NCBI GenBank assembly: GCA_000406005.1
Contig: ASZN01000007.1
Coordinates: 937-64,936, forward strand
Direction: 5' to 3'
From: Candidatus Poribacteria bacterium WGA-3G
GTDB lineage: Bacteria > Poribacteria > WGA-4E > WGA-3G
DNA: 64,000 nucleotides
Below, piece after piece: positions 18,020 to 25,588 of the stretch (positions within the stretch are counted from its first letter, which is position 1; each line of letters opens with the position of its first letter). The notes below the pieces were generated by a model. That model was not told where the DNA came from, made no database searches, and saw only the letters and a program-made list of their open reading frames with translations. The translations under genes and the position numbers were made by a program.

Positions 18020-21000
18020 ATGACAACCCAATGGAACAAAGACGAAACTAGGAATCGTGTTCTCACTGAAAACACGGCACAAGCCGTTTCCAAGTATCTG
18101 ACCGATCAGGAGTCGAATCGTGCAACGTGGCAAAATCGATGGATATGGGAACTTTTACAGAATGCGCGTGATGCTTCAAAAACAAGCACTAACCGCCTCA
18201 TCGTAAAAATTCAATACAATTCGGAAGAACTCGTCTTTTTACACAACGGAGGCGGATTCACACCTGAACAGATAACCCATCTCATTTATCACGGATCAAC
18301 GAAAGTTGAGGATGAAGAAACAATAGGAAAATACGGCAGCGGCTTTTTGACAACACACCTGTTGTCTCCAGAAGTGGTTATCTCGGGTCAGCTCCACAAT
18401 GGTCAATGGTTTGACTTCCCTTTGGTACGTAAACTACGTAAACCTGATTCAGTAACTGCACTTCGTGAGTCAATGGACGAAGCCTGGGAAAATTTCAGTC
18501 CATCTATAGCACCGCAAGTCCCAATGCCGGAAGGCTTTACCACTCGATTCGTATATCCAATCAAGGAAGATAACGCGGCGAATGCAGTGAAGAGTGGAAT
18601 TGCAACGCTGAAACAATGCGCGCCGTACGTAGTTGTCTTCAATCAGGAATTCTCCAGCATCAACATTGAAGACCATCACGAAACTATTTGTTTTGAAGCC
18701 ATTGAACCTTTGCAGATGGAGGTCTCAGAAATCCAGCAAATCATAGTGACAGAAAAAACGAATGGAAATAATACAGAAATGAAATATCTTCTGGCACAAG
18801 GTGAAAAGGCTTCTGTCACAGTTCCTCTAACATCAAGTGACAACAGTTTAGTATGTCTACCAATTGAGAATATACCAAGACTCTTTTTGGGTTTTCCTTT
18901 GGTGGGCACCGAAGACTTCAGCTTTCCCGCTGTTATCCATAGCTTAGATTTTACGCCAACGGAGAACCGCAATGGTGTGTATCTTTGGCAAAGCGACAAC
19001 GAAGCAAACCGTAACAATCAAGCTGTGATTGAAGAAGCCTGCGCTTTGCTTGTTAGGATCTTAGCGTTTGTGGCAAAGTCTGGTTGGTGTAATGTGCATC
19101 GATTAGTGGAAATTCCTCCTATCCAAGAAAAGGATTGGCTGAAGAATATAGAACAGCTTAGGAACTGTCTAAAATCAAAATTCATTGACGAAATCTGTCC
19201 AACACCTGCGGTTATTACTGCTGTTGGAACTCTCTTAGCCCCCCAAAATGCTATATTTCTTCAAGCGAAAAGTGAGGCAGACATAGAGACTTTGTGGAAA
19301 TTATTGGAGAGCCTTGAGGAAAAACGTGAGCAATTGCCTAAACAAGATGAAGCAATAGGATGGTGTCGCGCCATTCAGAGCTGGACAAATGTATCTGAAC
19401 ACGTCCGACCAATGTTAAGGAATGGTGGGAGCCTGGCATCGTTTGTAGAAGAAAAGAGTAAATATACCCAAGGGCACAACGCAGGATGGGGCCATCTTGA
19501 GAATCTGCAGAAATTGCTCCGTCCAGATGTTTGTGCTGTCGAATGGTTGAATCAATTCTATCAATTTCTGATAGACAACGGATTTGATAATGAAATTCGT
19601 ACCCGTCGCTTTGTTCCTGATCAAGTGGGCTTTTTTCGTCAACTGAATGAGACATCCCGTGATACGGACATAGACGAAGACCTGAAAAACGTTGCCGAGT
19701 TGTTGGGGGACTTTATCCGGCAGAGGCTACGGGATACCCGCCTTACTCCCTTAGTTCAAGAAGTCGGCGCGGGAAATATGAATAACGAATCTGTTGTTTC
19801 GGATATTATTAGCCGGATCCGAAAACGTGCCGACGAGAAGCCAGACGACTCCTTCAAGGAAGCAAGTGGCCGCCTATTCGCGTGGATAGTTAATAGAGAA
19901 GCCTACTTCCACTTACTAAATTTTCCTGTGTTTGTGGAAGATGGTAAATCTGGCAGTCCTCTTGTGTTTTACCTACCGAATGCTACACATAATACCCCTT
20001 TCTCGTCGTTGCTGTTGGCACCCGTTCGCGCATGGCCGGAAGACTTGCAACCGTTCAAAGATCTTTTTCCGCCGAACAGCATCTTGGCAGATGCGTTTTT
20101 TGAAGCAGCGTCTAACCGAGACACATGGCAAATCCTCAGTGATCAACGACTTGTTAATATGGCAATCCGGTACCGGTACACGGATAAAAAACAAGTGAAT
20201 CTCAAAGAGTTTTCTCCAGATGTAGATCGTGATGAAGGTACCCACATTGCTTTTGTTGACCGCGTGACAGATGTTGTAAAACGCTCTGAAATTATGAGCA
20301 GAGTCAGTGATAGTCGAGAACGAGCCTTCCTATTCTGGAGATTTCTCACCGAGTGGCTTATTCAAAAAGATGTCCACGCGTTAGAACCTAGAGAAGTAAT
20401 TTGTGAATGCGGAGGAACTCATAAATACTATCCAGAGGCCTGGGTGATGCCGGTGCGAAATAATAGTTGGATTCTATGTGAGGGAAAACGCCGTGTCCGT
20501 GCGACAGCTGAGTCGCTTGCGAGTCTGCTTCGCGATAACGGATGGCAACCGGATTCTCTACATCAGAATCCTGCTGTCGTCAACCTATTGGATGCAATTG
20601 GTGTGACACGGTTTGACTTGATGCGGGAATTTGTAACGGTGGGCAATGAAGAAGCACGTAGAGTGCAAGAGAATGTCCTCACAGAGATAATAGTTAAGGC
20701 TGGAGGTAACTTGAGTCAAATCAGTGCGTTGGTGCAGGACCTGAAAGAGGATGAAAATCTCTTTCAACATCTTGAAGAACGACGGGAACAGAGACGGATC
20801 GTGAGTGAGAACCAACACTTGGGGCAACAAGTCGAAGAATTGGTGAAGACGAACTTGGAGAAAGAAGGTTTCTCAGTTCGTCGTACTGGAACGGGTTCGG
20901 ACTTTGAAATTTCAGATAATACTGATAATATGATAACACTGGATATAGAACGAGATAGCAAAAATTGGTTGGTTGAAGTGAAATCTACGCGAACTCAAAG

Positions 21001-21331
21001 CGTTAATATGACTCTCACGCAAGCAAAAACCGCTGTGGGTAAGGGGGACGAATTCTTACTTTGTATTGTCCCAATAGAACAAGGAAATGGTGAACCAGAT
21101 TTAGAAACTGTGCGAGAGGAAATGAGATTCGTTAAAAATATTGGACTTCGTGTGGCTCCGTTGTGCCAAAATCTCAACGCGTTAGAAGAATTGCAGACTA
21201 ACATCACTAGCGAAACCCTCTCTGGTATCAAATTGTTAATTAAGGCGGGTGTAGCAAGAATTAATGTCAATCATTCTGTATGGGAAACTGAAGGATTCCC
21301 ACTCGAAAATCTCGCTGCACGTCTTAAGTAA
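18020..21331 (+). CDS. GHKL (sacsin/HSP90-like) ATPase with C-terminal restriction-endonuclease-like (DUF3883/NOV-C-like) domain
   Basis: N-box WELLQNARDAS, G1 LHNGGGF and G2 GKYGSGFLTTH at the N-terminus. The C-terminus has GSDFEISD...LDIERDSKNWLVEVKSTR, a D..E.K nuclease-like signature. Confidence 0.65.
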   Translation: MTTQWNKDETRNRVLTENTAQAVSKYLTDQESNRATWQNRWIWELLQNARDASKTSTNRLIVKIQYNSEELVFLHNGGGFTPEQITHLIYHGSTKVEDEETIGKYGSGFLTTHLLSPEVVISGQLHNGQWFDFPLVRKLRKPDSVTALRESMDEAWENFSPSIAPQVPMPEGFTTRFVYPIKEDNAANAVKSGIATLKQCAPYVVVFNQEFSSINIEDHHETICFEAIEPLQMEVSEIQQIIVTEKTNGNNTEMKYLLAQGEKASVTVPLTSSDNSLVCLPIENIPRLFLGFPLVGTEDFSFPAVIHSLDFTPTENRNGVYLWQSDNEANRNNQAVIEEACALLVRILAFVAKSGWCNVHRLVEIPPIQEKDWLKNIEQLRNCLKSKFIDEICPTPAVITAVGTLLAPQNAIFLQAKSEADIETLWKLLESLEEKREQLPKQDEAIGWCRAIQSWTNVSEHVRPMLRNGGSLASFVEEKSKYTQGHNAGWGHLENLQKLLRPDVCAVEWLNQFYQFLIDNGFDNEIRTRRFVPDQVGFFRQLNETSRDTDIDEDLKNVAELLGDFIRQRLRDTRLTPLVQEVGAGNMNNESVVSDIISRIRKRADEKPDDSFKEASGRLFAWIVNREAYFHLLNFPVFVEDGKSGSPLVFYLPNATHNTPFSSLLLAPVRAWPEDLQPFKDLFPPNSILADAFFEAASNRDTWQILSDQRLVNMAIRYRYTDKKQVNLKEFSPDVDRDEGTHIAFVDRVTDVVKRSEIMSRVSDSRERAFLFWRFLTEWLIQKDVHALEPREVICECGGTHKYYPEAWVMPVRNNSWILCEGKRRVRATAESLASLLRDNGWQPDSLHQNPAVVNLLDAIGVTRFDLMREFVTVGNEEARRVQENVLTEIIVKAGGNLSQISALVQDLKEDENLFQHLEERREQRRIVSENQHLGQQVEELVKTNLEKEGFSVRRTGTGSDFEISDNTDNMITLDIERDSKNWLVEVKSTRTQSVNMTLTQAKTAVGKGDEFLLCIVPIEQGNGEPDLETVREEMRFVKNIGLRVAPLCQNLNALEELQTNITSETLSGIKLLIKAGVARINVNHSVWETEGFPLENLAARLK

Positions 21332-21411
21332 AAAATCACTTACCCACAAAGAAATCGCAATTGTGGCGGGGAGTGTCTGAATCGCTCAGAACATTAGGTC
21401 AAAAATTTTAC

Positions 21412-21433
21412 GCAATAAGTAGATTTGGGATGC
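21412..21433. repeat. left arm of a 22-bp perfect inverted repeat CGCAATAAGTAGATTTGGGATG
   Basis: Exact reverse complement of 22173-22194. Similarity continues imperfectly outward (AAAATTT). Confidence 0.85.
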
Positions 21434-21671
21434 AGAAAAATCTTTGTGGTCGTTGCTTCCCGTTGATTGATTGTTTGCTTGTTTAGATGTAGGGCAGCTT
21501 TGTTTTGAAGTTCTCTACTGCCCTACGCTAATCAATTGTTGTATAGTTGGTAATGAAACGCAGATTTGCGTAGATTTTACCGTGTAACCGAGTGAGATCG
21601 GATAACTACACAACTGAAACTATGCGTCCCCAAAAACGCATAATAACCCAAATAATAATTTGGAGGTTATA

Positions 21672-21971
21672 ATGAAAGAAGTTCGTCCTACAGGATTAAT
21701 CTCTGATGGTATTGCGCTAATGCAAAAAGGGCATCTAACGTCAGCATCCGCTATCTTTAATAAAGCAATCGCACTGAATGAATACCCCCTATGTGCTCAT
21801 CTTCTTGATGCTATCTGCGAAATTTTGTCCATATCTGAATCTACATCAGACGAATTATCATCAGTGATTTTAGGCGGATCAATACACAAAGTAGATAGAG
21901 TGTTAGCCAAAATGCGAGACAAACTGGATGATATTGAAGCAGAATTAGAAGCATCTAAATCTGAAATTTAA
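21672..21971 (+). CDS. small helical protein with one TPR-like motif
   Basis: GGAGG lies 5 nt upstream of the ATG at 21672. GIALMQKGHLTSASAIFNKAIALNE is TPR-like. Confidence 0.45.
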   Translation: MKEVRPTGLISDGIALMQKGHLTSASAIFNKAIALNEYPLCAHLLDAICEILSISESTSDELSSVILGGSIHKVDRVLAKMRDKLDDIEAELEASKSEI

Positions 21972-21972
21972 C

Positions 21973-22001
21973 TTGGCAATCTAACCGAAATATGCTATAA
22001 T
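21973..22001 (+). promoter_or_regulatory. promoter-like TTGGCA-17-TATAAT
   Basis: Exact 17-nt spacer. The -10 box ends 3 nt before the long stem at 22004. Confidence 0.5.
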
Positions 22002-22003
22002 AT

Positions 22004-22117
22004 AAATGCCGTTGAATACTCTTGTGTGGTTGGATTTGGTATTAGCGCGGGCTCCAAACTCGTTGCTATAGGGTTCAACTCCCTACCAATCCATAGAAGT
22101 ATTCAACGGCATTTTTA
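22004..22117 (+). ncRNA. candidate about 110-nt structured RNA with tRNA-like core (T-arm GGGTTCAACTCCC, anticodon-like loop CUCCAAA)
   Basis: A 17-bp closing stem AAATGCCGTTGAATACT / AGTATTCAACGGCATTT is followed by a T-run. An inner stem TGGATTTGG / CCAATCCA abuts the TAGGG-TTCAACT-CCCTA arm. Confidence 0.45.
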
Positions 22118-22172
22118 TCGTAAAAACGATCATAAAAATAACAAAAAATTGTCCGAAAAACAAAAAATCTGA

Positions 22173-22194
22173 CATCCCAAATCTACTTATTGCG
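22173..22194. repeat. right arm of the 22-bp perfect inverted repeat
   Basis: CATCCCAAATCTACTTATTGCG is the reverse complement of 21412-21433. Confidence 0.85.
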
Positions 22195-22340
22195 AAATTT
22201 TATACACTGGATTCCTAAGGTTTAGCTGGCATCTGTTCACCAAATATGTTATGATTAACCTCAAAGAATCCACATCATTCGCGATTCAAACGATCATGAG
22301 GCTTCAGCGGAAAAAAAGTTATCGCTATGGAGAAAAGTTA

Positions 22341-24248
22341 ATGAGCAAACCGTTAAAAGTCTTCATTACCTACGCCCACAAAAATGCGGAAGCAAAGGAC
22401 AAATTGATAACCCACCTTGCTGTCCTGAAGCAAAACGGATTAATTGATGTCTGGCATGACAACGAAATTCTACCGGGAGACAAGTGGCGGGAGGCAATTT
22501 TTAACAATCTTGCCGATTCAGATATTCTGCTCTACCTTACTTGTCCTTACAGTCTTGCTTCTGAAAACTGTAATAAGGAGTTGACTGCTGCGTTACGTCC
22601 AAATATAAGAATAATTCCGATTATCCTTGAACACTGCGATTGGCAAAATCATCAACTCAGCGATTTTCAAGCACTTCCTGAAAAAGGCAAGCCAATCTAC
22701 GATATTAGCGAATGGAACCCTGAGAACAAAGGGTGGATGAGTGTGGTTGAGAGACTCCGAAAAGTGATAGAAAGAATGCAGTCCCAGGCGGATTCATCAT
22801 CTGCTACGTTAGAGAAGGAATTGCGTGCTGAGTTGGCATTCCAACAAGGCAACATTTTTATGATGTTCGGACAACTGGATATGGCAATAGGAGCATACTC
22901 ACATGTAATTGAAATTAATCCGCGCGATGTAGATGCCTACATCAATCGTGGAGCTGCTTATCAAGACAAAAACAACTTTGATTTTGCTATCCAAGATTTC
23001 ACCACTGCTATACAACTAAAACCTGATTATGCAATTGTCTATTACAATTTCGGTGTTATCTATGGTAAAAAAGGCGAGGTTGACAAAGCCATTGAAAACT
23101 ACAATAAGACAATAAAGCTCAATCCTAATTTTGCAGTGGCTTATAGTAATCGTGGCAACGCTTACGCAAATAAAGGTGAAGCAGAGAATGCCATGAAAGA
23201 CTATAATAAAGCGATTAAACTCAATCCATACCTTGCCGAGGTTTATTATAATCGAGGCATTGCTAATGAAGAGAATGGCAAGATTGAACTTGCTGTAAAG
23301 GACTATACCACAGCAATACAACTTAAACATAATTATGCCGCAGCGTATTGCAATCGTGGTGTTGCTTACGGAAAAATAAACAAGAATGACCTTGCTATTA
23401 CCGACTATAGTATGGCGATACAACTTGAACCTGACAAGGCAAAAACATATAATAATCGAGGGAACGCTTACTACAGAAAAGGCGAGATTGATAAAGCCAT
23501 TGAAGACTATAACGAAGCAATAAGCAAGGACCCAGAGTTTACCGATGCTTATAATAGTCGTGGTGTTATTTTTAGTATCAAAGGTGAAGTTGATAGAGCC
23601 ATCAAAGATTATAATAAAGCGATACAGATCAACCCCGATTATGCAAAAGCATATTGCAATCGTGGAAACGCTTATAGTGAAAAAGGCTACCATAACCGTG
23701 TTATTGAAGACTATAGCAGAGCAATTGAGTTAAATCCTAATTTCGCCGAGGCGTATTGCAATCGAGGTCACACTTATGTCTATAAAGGTGAAATTGACAA
23801 AGCCATTGAAGACTATAATACGACAATAAAACTGAGACTAAGTGATCATAAAGCATATAATGGCCGTGGTAATGCTTACCGCTGCAAAGGTGAAATTGAC
23901 AAAGCCATTGAAGACTATAACGCAGCGATAAAATTGAACTCTGATTTTAGCGAAGCCTACAGCAATCGCGGCATCACTCTCAGCATCAAAGGTGAACATG
24001 ACCTTGCTATCCAAGACTTTAGCAAAGTGATACAACTACAACCACAGTCTGCTCACGCCTATTACAATCGAGGCGCGACATGGTTATTTCTAAGAGAATG
24101 GGAGAAAGCTATGGCTGACTTGACTATTGCCCGAGATAGAGGGGTAGATATCACCACTAACTTTCGTAAGACAAGCATTGCCGACTTTGAACGGGCAATC
24201 GGTGTAAAATTACCTTCATTTATCGCTGTAATGCTTACACAACAGTAG
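22341..24248 (+). CDS. TIR-domain protein fused to a long TPR array
   Basis: KVFITYAHKN...WHDNEILPGDKWREAI...DILLYLTCPYSLASENCNKELTAAL is a TIR_2-type domain with a candidate catalytic Glu. More than 10 TPR units of the AY.NRG.AY..KGE.DKAI.DYN.AI.L.P type follow. GGAGA RBS precedes the ATG at 22341. Confidence 0.8.
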   Translation: MSKPLKVFITYAHKNAEAKDKLITHLAVLKQNGLIDVWHDNEILPGDKWREAIFNNLADSDILLYLTCPYSLASENCNKELTAALRPNIRIIPIILEHCDWQNHQLSDFQALPEKGKPIYDISEWNPENKGWMSVVERLRKVIERMQSQADSSSATLEKELRAELAFQQGNIFMMFGQLDMAIGAYSHVIEINPRDVDAYINRGAAYQDKNNFDFAIQDFTTAIQLKPDYAIVYYNFGVIYGKKGEVDKAIENYNKTIKLNPNFAVAYSNRGNAYANKGEAENAMKDYNKAIKLNPYLAEVYYNRGIANEENGKIELAVKDYTTAIQLKHNYAAAYCNRGVAYGKINKNDLAITDYSMAIQLEPDKAKTYNNRGNAYYRKGEIDKAIEDYNEAISKDPEFTDAYNSRGVIFSIKGEVDRAIKDYNKAIQINPDYAKAYCNRGNAYSEKGYHNRVIEDYSRAIELNPNFAEAYCNRGHTYVYKGEIDKAIEDYNTTIKLRLSDHKAYNGRGNAYRCKGEIDKAIEDYNAAIKLNSDFSEAYSNRGITLSIKGEHDLAIQDFSKVIQLQPQSAHAYYNRGATWLFLREWEKAMADLTIARDRGVDITTNFRKTSIADFERAIGVKLPSFIAVMLTQQ

Positions 24249-24267
24249 GACTAAAACCTAAATCCAG

Positions 24268-24732
24268 ATGAAAAAATGGCCCGCCTTTGATAATGATGGT
24301 GACTTACCCGTAGGAATTCATCAAGCAACATTGGCTGAAACTTTACAGCATTTCGGTGCAGGGACCCCGCAAAGAAAACGCGTTGGGCAGCAATTAGAAC
24401 ACATTTTCAAATTGGCAAACAGCACCGGCCAAGTGGCAAGATTTATCGTGTTTGGTTCATTTGTAACAATTAAACCAGCCCCCGGTGACGTAGATATTTT
24501 CTTATTGATGAATGATACGTTTGATGTTGATCAGGTGGATGGTGAAGCTGCTCTCATTTTTGATCATCAAAAAGCACAGAATATTTTAGGAGCAAGCGTT
24601 TTCTGGAGCCGCAAACTTGCAGCAATAGGCGGCGAGCAGGGAGCAGTGGAGTATTGGCAGGTTAAACGCGACAACACACGCCGCGGCATAGTTGAGGTGA
24701 TTAACAATGATTCAGAACAATCAAGAACTTAA
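24268..24732 (+). CDS. minimal nucleotidyltransferase-fold (Pol-beta-like) protein
   Basis: FIVFGSFVTIKPAPGDVDIFLL carries the GS-x(n)-DxD signature. Confidence 0.5.
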   Translation: MKKWPAFDNDGDLPVGIHQATLAETLQHFGAGTPQRKRVGQQLEHIFKLANSTGQVARFIVFGSFVTIKPAPGDVDIFLLMNDTFDVDQVDGEAALIFDHQKAQNILGASVFWSRKLAAIGGEQGAVEYWQVKRDNTRRGIVEVINNDSEQSRT

Positions 24733-24928
24733 AGCAACGCTGGATCGTATTGAGTACTTTCAAAAACAAGTTGAAAGACTCCGGCAGGTTGAAACTAATC
24801 CTCGGAATTATGAGTTATCCGCGGGTGGATTTCTGGCAGAAATCGAACGGATGAATCTTGAAGTGTATCACTTTATAGCTGATGATATGTTTATATATAT
24901 GAACCAGTCAAAACAATATGCGGCGTAA
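24707..24928 (+). CDS. small helical partner protein (unknown; antitoxin-like N-terminal helix)
   Basis: GAGGTGA RBS lies inside the 3' end of the upstream gene, with a 26-nt overlap. The IQNNQELKATLDRIEYFQKQVERL style resembles HigA-type N-termini. Confidence 0.4.
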   Translation: MIQNNQELKATLDRIEYFQKQVERLRQVETNPRNYELSAGGFLAEIERMNLEVYHFIADDMFIYMNQSKQYAA

Positions 24929-24941
24929 AATGCCGAAAAAT

Positions 24942-24970
24942 TTGACAATACGAACTAGATATGGTATCAT
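24942..24970 (+). promoter_or_regulatory. promoter TTGACA-17-TATCAT with no downstream long ORF
   Basis: AAAAATTTGACAAT-N8-GATATGGTATCATT, a near copy of the promoter at 17931. Confidence 0.55.
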
Positions 24971-24976
24971 TATTAA

Positions 24977-25221
24977 TGTTAGTATCAGTATCTGAATTTG
25001 AATATTTAGATGGAAATTGAAAAAGAAAATGACATTTATATACTCACACTCCAACTCACATAGCACCGTTAACCATCGGCATTGGTGGCGTTCCAACTGC
25101 TTGCGGGGGAGTGTGCGCCTAAATGGATAACTGAAATACATATCGAAATCGACGTTTTTCATTTCTAAGTCCAGTTGAAGCCTTATGCACACCGACCCCG
25201 GCAGCATAAGGTGTTTTTTTT
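24977..25221 (+). ncRNA. candidate about 245-nt transcript (ncRNA or small-peptide mRNA) bounded by promoter and intrinsic terminator
   Basis: Promoter at 24942-24970. Internal stem CACACTCC..GGAGTGTG. Terminator CCTTATGC..GCATAAGG plus T8. Only 17-33 codon ORFs without a clear SD are present. Confidence 0.45.
25181..25221 (+). terminator. intrinsic terminator
   Basis: 8-bp stem CCTTATGC/GCATAAGG followed by GTG and TTTTTTTT. Confidence 0.75.
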
Positions 25222-25246
25222 GCAAAGCGCACAGATTGACCTATTA

Positions 25247-25527
25247 GTCTATCAACATTGAAATGAAAGGTAAACCCGGTTCGTAGTCGTGCGATTCTGC
25301 GGTGTACTCACCCAAATGCGAAGTGCATTATCGCACGTCGGAACGGGCAATGAATGGTTTCCCTACTACGAACCACCCATCACTTTAGATGTGACAGACT
25401 ACTGTTCTGTCAACATTGAAATGATAGGTAAACCCGGTTCGTAGTCGTGCGATTTATCGCACGTCAAGAACGGGCAATGAATTGCCCTACTACGAACCAT
25501 CCATTTGTTTAGATGTGACAGACTACT
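25247..25527. repeat. two tandem copies (157 and 124 bp) of a highly structured MITE-like unit
   Basis: Each unit has an outer stem CTGTCAACAT/ATGTGACAG, a 10-bp stem GGTTCGTAGT/ACTACGAACC and an inner hairpin CGTGCGAT..ATCGCACG. Copy 1 carries a 32-nt insertion in that hairpin loop. Confidence 0.75.
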
Positions 25528-25588
25528 ACTATAGTATTGGCACTAAATCCCTAACCGACAATAGTTAACCGCAAGGAAAATTTAAAAA

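Noticed and set aside
22031-22094. Genuine tRNA-Trp gene
   Set aside because: It is only about 62 nt with no D-arm. The acceptor-like stem needs a bulge. The anticodon stem has two G-U pairs. It is kept as a tRNA-like RNA candidate, not called as a tRNA.
23016-23693. 225-aa antisense ORF inside the TIR-TPR gene
   Set aside because: It is an artefact of the periodic, codon-biased TPR repeats. Its sequence is repetitive and hydrophobic, with no start context.
9990-24705. Identical 14-mer TTGAGGTGATTAAC in front of the RHH gene (9990-10003) and in front of the 73-codon gene (24692-24705)
   Set aside because: It is essentially a Shine-Dalgarno sequence plus spacer. The flanks and the encoded proteins are unrelated. 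A chance or convergent translation-initiation context is the simplest explanation.
24908-25225. 105-aa minus-strand ORF as a protein-coding gene
   Set aside because: The composition is low-complexity and Ile/Leu/Phe-rich with no RBS. The ORF spans an AT-rich region that carries a promoter and a terminator on the opposite strand. It is more likely non-coding.
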